DNA from: Gemmatimonadota bacterium
GTDB taxonomy: Bacteria > Gemmatimonadota > Gemmatimonadetes > Palauibacterales > Palauibacteraceae
Length of the DNA: 64,000 nt
NCBI GenBank assembly: GCA_039584255.1
Contig: JBDGYE010000009.1
Coordinates: forward strand, 2,279 to 66,278
Direction of reading: 5' to 3'
This document shows positions 46,863 to 55,381 of the stretch, in pieces (positions within the stretch are counted from its first letter, which is position 1; each line of letters opens with the position of its first letter). A program made the translations under genes and the position numbers. The notes beneath the pieces are model-generated. The model was not told the origin of the DNA and did not search any database. It saw nothing but the letters and a program-made list of their open reading frames with translations.

Positions 46863-47265
46863 ACCGGCCACCTGTGCTTGTCTGATAGACCTCACCGAAG
46901 CGGAGCTGTCGGACAGGCTCGGTTCGCCGGGCAACCGGAGCCGTGTCGGAGACGATATCTGGCTCATGTTCGCCGCCCGGGGGGTCGAAATGCGGGTTCG
47001 GTGTGGGGCCGCCGACTCGCCACGCGTGGCCTCATGGACCGCTACCTTCGCCACCCCCCGCCGGACTCTGAGGGACGCGGCCAGCGCTGTAGGGCTGTGG
47101 CCGGATGCGGCTCCCGACGCGGACCCGGTCGCCGCCGAGGCACCGCTCCTGAGGCGCGCGCTGCGGTGTCCCCGGACGGGTGCCACCCACACACTCACGG
47201 CGACGGTACGGGGCAGCCGCATCACCCAGATCTCGGTCTTCGACGAGGCACCTGAATGGCTCTGA
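46843..47265 (+). CDS. hypothetical protein (140 aa)
   Basis: GTG start overlapping the Rrf2 end by 20 nt. The composition reads like a real protein (DLTEAELSDRLGSPG...ITQISVFDEAPEWL). No recognised family. Confidence 0.4.
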   Translation: MESEATEPATCACLIDLTEAELSDRLGSPGNRSRVGDDIWLMFAARGVEMRVRCGAADSPRVASWTATFATPRRTLRDAASAVGLWPDAAPDADPVAAEAPLLRRALRCPRTGATHTLTATVRGSRITQISVFDEAPEWL

Positions 47266-47409
47266 TCCCAGGCGCCCACCTCTTGCATCCTGCAATTCCT
47301 TCCCTATCATTGGCTTCGACGAGCAGGCGAAATGCAGGCCGACGGAGGCATACGGGGCCGGCGCCGGCCCCGGCGACAGCCATTACCGAATCAGGGGAAC
47401 GGACCAAGA

Positions 47410-49269
47410 GTGCTTCGTCCGAGCAGGACTGACCGGCGGGCTGCCGCGGCTCTCGAGCCGATGGGCGTGCTCTACTGGATCTACGCCGGCCGCCTCGTCA
47501 TCTCTCTGGTTATCTACGGTCTGGCGGTCCTCGTCGGCGACTTCCTGGCCTCTCTGGCACCGGGGCCGATCGCGACTCAGGTGCGCGCGATTGGCATCAT
47601 CGGGATAACTGCTGCGGCCCTCATCACCCCACTGGCCTATTGGTACAGCCACAGACGGGTCCGGCAGATTTCTCGGAGCTTCCTCTACTCCCAGGCCCTT
47701 CTCGACGTCGTCCTGGCCAACGGCATCGTCCATGTCACCGGCGGGAGCCAGAGTCCATTCGTCTCGCTGTTCATAGGCCTCGCTGCCGCATACGCCCTGG
47801 TACTCCCGCTTCCGTCGGCGGTTCTGGTAGCGCTGGCCACGGGTGCCCTCTACCTGCTGGACAACCTCGTGGCCTTCCCGGACCAGGTGAGCACTCTGGC
47901 CTTGCTGTTGCAGGTGGCCGTGTTCACGCTCGTGGCTCTGGTCACCAGCCTGGTCGGTGCGCGGCTCCGGGACGTGCGGAAGGAGCTCCGCACCGTGGAG
48001 GGAGAGCTGCGCAGACTGCGGCTCGACACGGCCGACATCCTGAGGATCATCCCTTCCGGCGTCCTGACTCTGGACTCCGAAGGACGCCTTGCCTACATGA
48101 ACCTCGCCGCGGCCGAGCTGCTGGACCTGGAGGTGACGGAGCTGCTGGGTCGTGGGATCGTGTCCCGCCTGGAGACCAGGGCTCCCGGGGTCGCGGCCGC
48201 GATCCAGGAGACGCTCGGCACCGGACGGCGGATCCGGGACCGGGAGGCCGAGCTCCTGCCACCGGAGCTCGCCGACCCGATCGACGGAGACTCACTCTAC
48301 GAGCTGAGGCCGGGTGTCCCCGTCGCCGTGAGCACGACCGTGGTCCAGGAGGCTGGAGCGGGGCCGTCGCACGTGGTGCTGCTTCAGGACCTGCGGGCGA
48401 GCCGGCAGCTCGAAGATCTCCGGCTTCGGACCGGCCGGCTCGAGGCGGTGGCGGAGCTATCGGCCTCGCTCGCCCACGAGCTCAAGAATCCCATGGCGTC
48501 GGTCAGAAGCGCCGTCGAGCAGCTGTGCGAGCGTGCCCGTGAGGACGAGGACGACGCGGTGTTGGGAAGACTGATCCTTCGAGAGAGCGACCGCATGGGG
48601 AAGATCCTGGGCGAATTCAGCGACTTCGCCCGCGTGGATGTGGCCCAAAGGAAGCCGGTCAACGTGGAGAAGCTGCTGCGGAACGTCACGGAAACGGCGC
48701 AGCGACATCCCGCGGCGGAGGCACGGGCCACGATCGACGTTGACGTTGCCGACGAGCTCACCGGGCTGTGGGGTGACCCGGAGCTGTTGCACCGGGTAGT
48801 GCTCAACCTCGTGCTTAACGCACTTCAGGTCGGAGATCCGGAACGACCGGTGACGGTGAGGATCGTGGCCGACTCGCTCCGCCCGGATCTGGTCCCGAGC
48901 GGGATGGCACTTCGCAACCCGGTTCGCATCCGGGTCATCGACGACGGTCCCGGCATAGACCCGCAGGATCTACCGAGAATCTTCGATCCCTTCTACACGC
49001 GCCGCGAAGGAGGAAGCGGCCTCGGGTTGTCCATCGCTCATCGGGCGGTCCAGGCACATGGAGGCACTCTGATCGCGACTTCGACGCCCGGCCGCGGTGC
49101 CACCTTCATCATGGTCCTGCCGCGGCGGTCGGTTCTAAGTCCGCCTCCACGGTTCGAGGACCGGAGAGGCGAGCTCGCGGAAGCCGCGGAGGAAGCCGTG
49201 CGGGCCGGCGCCGCGGGTGCTCCTGTGGGGTCCGTCGGCGCGAACGATACGGAGGACGAGAGCGCGTGA
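47410..49269 (+). CDS. pilS: sensor histidine kinase, PilS-like
   Basis: About 6 N-terminal TM helices, a PAS-like segment, the H-box SASLAHELKNPMASV, an N/G-box region, and GSGLGLSIAHRAVQAHGGTL. Start is GTG 47410 or ATG 47461. The 47332 extension is Arg-rich and unlikely. Confidence 0.75.
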   Translation: MLRPSRTDRRAAAALEPMGVLYWIYAGRLVISLVIYGLAVLVGDFLASLAPGPIATQVRAIGIIGITAAALITPLAYWYSHRRVRQISRSFLYSQALLDVVLANGIVHVTGGSQSPFVSLFIGLAAAYALVLPLPSAVLVALATGALYLLDNLVAFPDQVSTLALLLQVAVFTLVALVTSLVGARLRDVRKELRTVEGELRRLRLDTADILRIIPSGVLTLDSEGRLAYMNLAAAELLDLEVTELLGRGIVSRLETRAPGVAAAIQETLGTGRRIRDREAELLPPELADPIDGDSLYELRPGVPVAVSTTVVQEAGAGPSHVVLLQDLRASRQLEDLRLRTGRLEAVAELSASLAHELKNPMASVRSAVEQLCERAREDEDDAVLGRLILRESDRMGKILGEFSDFARVDVAQRKPVNVEKLLRNVTETAQRHPAAEARATIDVDVADELTGLWGDPELLHRVVLNLVLNALQVGDPERPVTVRIVADSLRPDLVPSGMALRNPVRIRVIDDGPGIDPQDLPRIFDPFYTRREGGSGLGLSIAHRAVQAHGGTLIATSTPGRGATFIMVLPRRSVLSPPPRFEDRRGELAEAAEEAVRAGAAGAPVGSVGANDTEDESA

Positions 49270-49300
49270 CGCCGTCACGCGCCGCAACCGAGGAGCCAAG

Positions 49301-50665
49301 ATGCGCGACAAGCCCGTTCTGCTGCTGATCGACGACGAGCAGAGTCTGGTCGAGACACTCGAGGTGCTCCTGAAGCGCGAGGGATTTGACGTGCTAGCGG
49401 AGCTGTCTGGCGCCACCGGCCTGAAGCGGTACAAAGAAGACAGGCCGGACATCGTGCTGTCCGACGTTCGGATGCCGAAGATGAGCGGAATCGAGGTGCT
49501 GGAGGAGATTCGCAAAGCCAACCCGGACACCCCCGTGGTGCTCATGACCGCGCAGGCCTCGCTTACATCGGCCATCCAGGCCGTGAACCTGGGCGCGACC
49601 CACTACATCCAGAAACCGTTCAAGAACGAAGAGCTGATCGCGATCTTGAACCGCTCGTTGGACTGGGGGCGGCTGAAGAAGGAGAACACGGGCCTCAAGC
49701 GCGAGCTGAAGCGCCAGCAGACCCTCAAGAGCGGACGGCCCATCGGCGTCAGCCCCACGTTCGAGAGCTCGCTGAAGCTGGCCGACAGCGTCGCCGACAG
49801 CGAGAGTACGATCCTGATAGCCGGCGAGAGTGGCACGGGAAAAGAGGTCTTCGCCCGTTACATTCACGACCTCTCGCCCCGGGCCAACCGGCGCTTTCTG
49901 TCGTTGAACTGCGGCGCTCTGCCCGAGGGGCTGCTCGAGTCAGAGCTGTTCGGCCATGTGAAGGGCAGCTTCACCGGCGCCGTGAAGGACAAGGAAGGAC
50001 TGTTCGTGGCGGCTTCCGGAGGGACCTTCTTCCTGGATGAGGTCGGGGAGATGGCCCCGTCGACTCAGGTGAAGCTCCTGCGGGTTCTGCAGCAGAGAGA
50101 GGTAATCCCGGTGGGCGCCACCGAGTCTATTCCGGTTGACGTGAGGCTGATCGCCGCCACCAACCGGGAGCTGGAGCGGGACATCGAAGAAGGACGCTTC
50201 CGCCGGGATCTCTTCTACCGGCTCAACGTCATCACGATCGATCTCGCGCCGCTCCGGGACCGGCCCGAAGACGTCCAGCTTCTCACGGAGCACTTCCTGG
50301 GGCGTCACGCCGGCCCGGACGGTAAGGCTAAGAAGGTGTCGCCCAAAGCGATGGCCGTGCTCCAGGGATACCACTGGCCGGGCAACGTGCGAGAATTGGA
50401 GAACGTCGTCGAGAGAGCCGTGGTGCTGACTCCGGGCGCCAACATCAAGCCGGACGCGCTGCCGGCACGCCTGACGGAAGCGCCGCCGGAGCCCCTGATT
50501 CAGGACAGGCCGGCACCGAATCCGCCCCTGGAGATCATCGAGCGGGCCTACATCGAGCACGTGCTCCGGGCGGAGGGGGGCAACAAGACGCGCGCGGCCG
50601 AGGTTCTCGGAATCGATCCGAGCACTCTTTACCGCAAGATCAAGCGGTACGACCTTGAGGGTTGA
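49301..50665 (+). CDS. pilR: sigma-54-dependent response regulator, PilR/NtrC family
   Basis: Receiver domain (LLIDDE...DIVLSDVRMPKMSG), AAA+ domain (GESGTGKEVFA, ESELFGHVKGSFTGA, GTFFLDEV), and a Fis-type HTH (NKTRAAEVLGIDPSTLYRKIKRY). ATG 49301 is preceded by AGGAG. Confidence 0.85.
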   Translation: MRDKPVLLLIDDEQSLVETLEVLLKREGFDVLAELSGATGLKRYKEDRPDIVLSDVRMPKMSGIEVLEEIRKANPDTPVVLMTAQASLTSAIQAVNLGATHYIQKPFKNEELIAILNRSLDWGRLKKENTGLKRELKRQQTLKSGRPIGVSPTFESSLKLADSVADSESTILIAGESGTGKEVFARYIHDLSPRANRRFLSLNCGALPEGLLESELFGHVKGSFTGAVKDKEGLFVAASGGTFFLDEVGEMAPSTQVKLLRVLQQREVIPVGATESIPVDVRLIAATNRELERDIEEGRFRRDLFYRLNVITIDLAPLRDRPEDVQLLTEHFLGRHAGPDGKAKKVSPKAMAVLQGYHWPGNVRELENVVERAVVLTPGANIKPDALPARLTEAPPEPLIQDRPAPNPPLEIIERAYIEHVLRAEGGNKTRAAEVLGIDPSTLYRKIKRYDLEG

Positions 50666-50795
50666 GCGCGGCCTTTGCATACCGGAGGCCGGCCTTGCAA
50701 CCTGCAACGACCGGCCTTTCCCTTCCGGTCCCGTGTTCCGCCTCTCTGCTTCGTAAGTGTATATGATGTTTAGTTTTATGTTCGGACCGCCAGAA

Positions 50796-50811
50796 CGGCA
50801 CGGGGGTTGCC
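50796..50811 (+). promoter_or_regulatory. sigma-54 (-24/-12) promoter upstream of the pilin gene
   Basis: CGGCACGGGGGTTGCC matches TGGCACG-N4-TTGC, with GG at 50797-50798, GC at 50809-50810 and exact 10-nt spacing. It lies about 90 nt upstream of the pilin ATG and directly downstream of pilS-pilR. Confidence 0.6.
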
Positions 50812-50902
50812 TACATGCACAGCAGGAGGTCTTGGCCTCCACCGGTGATATCAGCTCGAACCGGATAATTTAACGTAGCGACTCCTAACTGATGGAGGAC
50901 CA

Positions 50903-51226
50903 ATGCTCCGCGACACGAAGGGCTTCACGCTGATCGAGCTGCTGATCGTCGTCGTGATCATCGGCATTCTGGCCGCGATCGCGATTCCGCAGTTCGCCAG
51001 CACGAAGGAGAAGGGCGTACTTTGCAGACAATCAGTCGTACGGCAATGCCGCCACGGTCATGACGGCGGGCAACTTCACGACGAGCACGGGCATGGCGAT
51101 AGGGGCCGGCGGCACGGCCGGCGGTTATGCCGTGACCGCTTCGCACACCAGCTCGGGCAACACCTACTACGTGGTAGTTGGCTCGGGAAGCTCGACCGAG
51201 GGCAAGATCCTGAAGCAGTAAGCTGA
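50903..51226 (+). CDS. pilA: type IV major pilin (PilA-like); reading frame apparently broken by a 1-nt insertion near 51013-51016 (true stop probably 51219-51221)
   Basis: GGAGG at 50894-50898. The class III signal is MLRDTKG|FTLIELLIVVVIIGILAAIAIPQF, with Glu+5. After ...STKEKG the listed frame becomes Arg/His-rich nonsense. The +1 frame instead reads YFADNQSYGNAATVMTAGNFTTSTG...YYVVVGSGSSTEGKILKQ*. Confidence 0.8.
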   Translation: MLRDTKGFTLIELLIVVVIIGILAAIAIPQFASTKEKGVLCRQSVVRQCRHGHDGGQLHDEHGHGDRGRRHGRRLCRDRFAHQLGQHLLRGSWLGKLDRGQDPEAVS

Positions 51227-51260
51227 CGAGCTTGCCACCGGATACTTGTCAGCGTAAGAA

Positions 51261-51295
51261 AAGGGCGCGGCGGGTGATGAGCCCGCTGCGCCCTT
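51261..51295. terminator. strong GC hairpin between pilin gene and glycosyltransferase operon
   Basis: 14-bp stem AAGGGCGCGGCGGG (51261-51274) / CCCGCTGCGCCCTT (51282-51295) with one G-U pair and a 7-nt loop. The T-rich tract (TTTTCTTAC) lies on the minus-strand side, not the plus side. Confidence 0.45.
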
Positions 51296-51329
51296 CGAGC
51301 ATCCGGGCGGCACCTGACCGGCGGGGTCC

Positions 51330-53729
51330 ATGAGTCCAGCAGCGGACAAAGAGTCGCCTCGCTCCGGCGCCGCGGCCGCCACCACGGTGCTGTGCGGCCT
51401 TGCCGCACTGCTGTTCGCGCCTGTGCTGGTTGGCGGCGAGACCTTCTTCAGCCGCGACATCGCTCCGTTCTTCTACCCGATGAAGCATTACCTCGCGGAG
51501 TCGGTGCGCAGCGGAGGGCTTCCCCTTTGGAACCCCTGGATCGTCAACGGCGAGCCGTTCTTCGCCTCGTTGCAGCCGGGGCTCCTCTACCCCCCCAACC
51601 TGCTCCTGTACGGACTTCCCCTGCCGCTGGCATTCAACCTTCTCCTGGTCCTGCATTATCCCCTGGCGGGAGTCGGCATGTACGTGCTCCTCCGGCGCTG
51701 GGGCCACGGCTGGGCGGGCGCCGTCCTGGGGGCCGTAGCCTTCATGGTGGGCGGCTTCTACGTGTCGCTGGGGAACTTCCTCAACAACCTCCAGGCGGTG
51801 GCCTGGACACCGTGGCTTCTGGTGGCCTGGGACAGGGTGATGATGGGGCGCCGGCCGCGCGACGTAACGCTGTTCGCTGTCGTCTGCGGCGCGGCCTTCT
51901 TGGGGGGAGAGCCCCAGATGTTGGGCATCGCGCTACTCCTGCTGCTGGTCCACGGTCTCCTGAGGGTCGAGCGGCGCCCGGCCGGCCGGGGCGGCCAGCT
52001 GTTCGCCTTCGCCTTGGGAGGAGTGCTCGCGATCTGCCTGGTGGCCGTCCAGTTCGTGCCCTTCGTCGAGTACATCGGCCAATCGGTTCGCACGCTTCCC
52101 ATCGAGCTGGAGTACTCGGCCTCGCGTTCGCTTACGCCGCTGGGAACCCTGGGCGTGTTCGTTCCACCTGTCCTGGCCGGCGGCGCGCACGGTTTCACCA
52201 CGCGTTACCTTCCGGCCAGCGAGGTGCCCTGGCTGCTTAGCGTCTACGTGGGCGTAGTCGTTCTCCTGTACGCCGCCCTCGGGGTGTTCCTCCGCCGCGG
52301 GCGGCGGTGGGCGCTGTTCTGGACCGTGACGGCGGCCCTCGGCATTCTGCTCGCGCTGGGCAGCTACAGTCCGCTGTTCAAGGCGCTGTTCGGCTGGATT
52401 CCGCCGCTCCGGGCCTTCCGCTACCCGGAGAAGTTCTTCCTGCTGACCGCCGTAGCCGTGCCAGTGATGGCTGCTCAGGGGTTCGATAGCTGGCTAGGCC
52501 GGTTTCGCGATGCGGGTACCGAGTCACGGCGTCTGGACCGCGCGACGTGGTCCCTGCTGGTTGCGGCGCTGCTCGCCTATGGCGCGACGGCGCTCATAAT
52601 GGTGGCAGATGAGGGCGTCCTGGCTACGGCCTGCGGGGGCTGGCTCGAAGGAGCGCTGCTGTGCTCCGATTCGGCCGAGGCACAGCGACTGTACGCCCTG
52701 CAGTCGCTCGTGCCCATCGCCTTGATCGCGGTTCTGGCGGCCGTGCAGGCCCTGCTCAGGGCAGGCCGGCTGCGACCGGCGGCCGCCGCCTGGCTCGTGC
52801 TGGCGTGCTGCGCCGGCGACCTGATGATCGCTCACCGGGTCGTCAATCCATCGGTTCCCTCCGACATCTACACCACGCCCCCGTGGACAGCAAAGGTGCT
52901 GGACCGTGCCGACGCCGGCCCCGAGGAGTACAGGTTCCGAGGCTCCCCTCACATCGCCGCCATGGGGAGCATCGTCACGGTCCAGGGGGCCTGGGAGCTC
53001 ACCAACATGTACCTGGACTACCAGACCATGGGGCCGAACGTAGGGCAGATGTTCGGTCACCCGATGCAGGACGGTCTCCAGGGCGTCGAGCTCCAGTCGG
53101 TGGCGCTCACCAACGAGGCGGCGATGAGGGCCTGGGCCGTTGATCCGCTGAGATTCCTGCAGGCGATGAACGTACGGTATTACGCCGACGCGACGGTCGA
53201 AGCGGACGCGATGACAAGTCTGCGCCTGATCGAATCCAACCCGGAGCTCCCGATCAGGGTGTTCGAGGTGCCGGATCCCCTTCCGCGAGTCTACTTGGTG
53301 CCCCGATACGAGCTCGCCGCTGGACCGGAAGAGGCGCTGCGCCGGACGCTGGACGAGACCTTCGTCCTGGGGGCCGCGGTCGTGCTGGAGCAGGAACCGG
53401 CGCTGAAGCCGGCGCCGAAGGCCCGCGGAGAGGTCTTGGAAAGGGCGTTCGAGACCAACCGTGTGAGGCTGCGTATCCGGACGTCGGGACCGATGCTGCT
53501 GGTCCTCAACGACCGTTTCTATCCAGGCTGGACAGCGACGCTGCTCGGGCACCGGCTGCCTATCCTGAGGGCAAACGGAGTGTTCCGGGCCGTCGCCGTT
53601 CCCGGCGGCGAGCGCGAGGTCGTATTCGAGTACGCTCCGGCCAGCATCCGGATCGGCGCCTGGATCAGCCTCGCCACGCTGCTCCTCCTGCTGGGCGTCT
53701 ACCGCCTGTCCCGGAGAAGGGCAGGATGA
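51330..53729 (+). CDS. YfhO-family polytopic membrane protein (GT-C fold glycosyltransferase)
   Basis: 799 aa. The N-terminus ETFFSRDIAPFFYPMKHYLAESVRSGGLPLWNPWIVNGEPFFASLQPGLLYPPNLL is the YfhO-type pattern. Many TM helices precede a large C-terminal extracytoplasmic domain and a terminal TM. Its stop overlaps the next start (ATGA). Confidence 0.6.
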   Translation: MSPAADKESPRSGAAAATTVLCGLAALLFAPVLVGGETFFSRDIAPFFYPMKHYLAESVRSGGLPLWNPWIVNGEPFFASLQPGLLYPPNLLLYGLPLPLAFNLLLVLHYPLAGVGMYVLLRRWGHGWAGAVLGAVAFMVGGFYVSLGNFLNNLQAVAWTPWLLVAWDRVMMGRRPRDVTLFAVVCGAAFLGGEPQMLGIALLLLLVHGLLRVERRPAGRGGQLFAFALGGVLAICLVAVQFVPFVEYIGQSVRTLPIELEYSASRSLTPLGTLGVFVPPVLAGGAHGFTTRYLPASEVPWLLSVYVGVVVLLYAALGVFLRRGRRWALFWTVTAALGILLALGSYSPLFKALFGWIPPLRAFRYPEKFFLLTAVAVPVMAAQGFDSWLGRFRDAGTESRRLDRATWSLLVAALLAYGATALIMVADEGVLATACGGWLEGALLCSDSAEAQRLYALQSLVPIALIAVLAAVQALLRAGRLRPAAAAWLVLACCAGDLMIAHRVVNPSVPSDIYTTPPWTAKVLDRADAGPEEYRFRGSPHIAAMGSIVTVQGAWELTNMYLDYQTMGPNVGQMFGHPMQDGLQGVELQSVALTNEAAMRAWAVDPLRFLQAMNVRYYADATVEADAMTSLRLIESNPELPIRVFEVPDPLPRVYLVPRYELAAGPEEALRRTLDETFVLGAAVVLEQEPALKPAPKARGEVLERAFETNRVRLRIRTSGPMLLVLNDRFYPGWTATLLGHRLPILRANGVFRAVAVPGGEREVVFEYAPASIRIGAWISLATLLLLLGVYRLSRRRAG

Positions 53730-55381
53730 CTCCCACCCAGAGCGAGCTCCGGACCTTGGGATTCAGCCTCTTCGGAGCGGCGTTCCTCGCCGTTCTTCTT
53801 ACGGCGGGCGACTACGGCATCGCCAGCGATGTAGGCAACTACTTCTACTCCTCGTTGCGGCAACTGGCCTGGGCGAAGGAGCTGGGCGCGTCGATCCTGG
53901 CTGGCGATCCCGGTGCCGCCTTGGACCGCTCGGTAGTCTTCGACCACTGGCGATGGTACCCGGAGCGCATACCCCATCCCCCGCTGTCACGGGAGCTGAG
54001 CGGGCTCTCATATGCTCTTCTCGGCGGGCCACTGGATCCGCTGACCGCGTATCGAGTGGCGGTGATGGTAGCCTTCGCACTCCTCGTCGCGGGGTGTGGC
54101 GTCTTCACGGCCTGGGCGGCGCGGTCGATAGTGGCGGGGACCGCCGCGGGCCTGGCCCTCCTTACCGTGCCGGCGCTGTTCGCCCACGGACACCTGGCGC
54201 ACACGGACGTCTTCCTGACCGTCTTCTGGTTCGGATGTGCTGCCAGCCTGTTCGTCTCGACCCGCGAGAGGAAGGCGAGTTGGCTGGCCGCTGCGGGAAT
54301 CCTGTTCGGCTGCGCGGCGGCAACGAAGTTCTCCGGGCTCCTGCTGGTTCCGGTGGCGGCGGTGTGGCTCCTGGCCCGGCGTCGCCCGGACATCTACGCC
54401 TTTCTCGCATTCGGCCTCATCGGGCTCGTGACCTTCTTTCTGGTGAACCCCGTGCTCTGGGTAGATCCCGCCCTGGGGCTGCGGGACTACTTCGAGGCCG
54501 GCCTGTTCCGCTCTGACGCCAGGGTTACCCGCATCTCCACCGAGTATCTCGGCAGCATCTACGACTTCCGGCCGCCGTGGCACTACCCGTTCGTGTGGAC
54601 GGCCATCGTCATGCCGCTCCCGATTCTCGCGGCGACCGTCGCGGGTCTCACCAGCAGGCGGGACCGTCCGCTGCTGCGCCTCACGGGCCTGAACGTAGCC
54701 GTACTGTACGGCGCCCTCATGCTGCCGGCGGCTCCGATGCACGACGGTATCCGACTGTTCCTACCGGCCTTCGCTTTCTGGGCCGTGCTCGCCGGGGTGG
54801 GCACCGGACGCCTGAGCGAGCTAGCCACCGCCAGAGCGCCGGAGCGGATGACCTCGTGGATCCCTGCGGCCGTCACCCTGCTCGTGTTCGCCCTGCCGGC
54901 GCTTCGCACGGTACAGTACCACCCATTCCAGCTCTCCTACTTCAACGCCCTGGTTGGTGGCGTGAGAGGTGCCCAGGAGCGTGGCCTCGAGGTAACGAAT
55001 CTCAAGGAGGTTCTCAGCCGCGAAGTGCTGGCGGACCTGGCGGTAGCGATCGAGCCCGGCACGGTTGTCGATCCCGGCTTCTTTCTCGAGGAAATCTGCT
55101 TCTACCAGGCCGTGGGGTGGGCTCCGCGCGAGTGGACGGCCGAGACGACACTGGAGCGCGAGGATCTAGAGGAAGGACTGGCCCTGGCGTGCGAGGGGCC
55201 CAACAGCTTCGTTTACATTCCACTGGACCGACCCGCGCGCGAGCCCGCGTTCGTCTTCGTTCTCAACCGCCGGGCTCAATGGCGGTCCATCGAGTGGGCC
55301 CTGTACGATTTCAGCGATCGACCGTTCTACGAAGTTGCGGTGCGGGGAGTGCCCCTGATGAGGGTATACCGGGTCCGATGA
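53726..55381 (+). CDS. GT-C fold membrane glycosyltransferase, PMT_2/GT39 (ArnT/Pmt-like) family
   Basis: 551-aa polytopic protein with motifs IPHPPLSRE, HLAHTDV, AATKFSG, and PMHDGIRLFLPAF. It is a paralog of the next gene. Both junctions are ATGA overlaps. Confidence 0.65.
   Translation: MTPTQSELRTLGFSLFGAAFLAVLLTAGDYGIASDVGNYFYSSLRQLAWAKELGASILAGDPGAALDRSVVFDHWRWYPERIPHPPLSRELSGLSYALLGGPLDPLTAYRVAVMVAFALLVAGCGVFTAWAARSIVAGTAAGLALLTVPALFAHGHLAHTDVFLTVFWFGCAASLFVSTRERKASWLAAAGILFGCAAATKFSGLLLVPVAAVWLLARRRPDIYAFLAFGLIGLVTFFLVNPVLWVDPALGLRDYFEAGLFRSDARVTRISTEYLGSIYDFRPPWHYPFVWTAIVMPLPILAATVAGLTSRRDRPLLRLTGLNVAVLYGALMLPAAPMHDGIRLFLPAFAFWAVLAGVGTGRLSELATARAPERMTSWIPAAVTLLVFALPALRTVQYHPFQLSYFNALVGGVRGAQERGLEVTNLKEVLSREVLADLAVAIEPGTVVDPGFFLEEICFYQAVGWAPREWTAETTLEREDLEEGLALACEGPNSFVYIPLDRPAREPAFVFVLNRRAQWRSIEWALYDFSDRPFYEVAVRGVPLMRVYRVR

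Noticed and set aside
50752-50785. IHF binding site in the AT-rich island upstream of the sigma-54 promoter
   Set aside because: I could not find a good match to WATCAR-N4-TTR on either strand. It is reported only as an AT-rich, possibly bent region.
51070-51080. NFT sequon in the repaired pilin as an N-glycosylation site
   Set aside because: Bacterial PglB-type sites need an acidic residue at -2 (D/E-x-N-x-S/T). Here the context is AGNFT, and no PglB-like gene is present.
54577-55377. The N-terminal 267 codons of the 825-aa ORF 54577..57054, which would fuse into the third glycosyltransferase
   Set aside because: This part is an alternate frame of the upstream GT39-like gene and is Arg/Gly-rich. 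ATG 55378 overlaps the upstream stop (ATGA) and begins just before the first TM helix.
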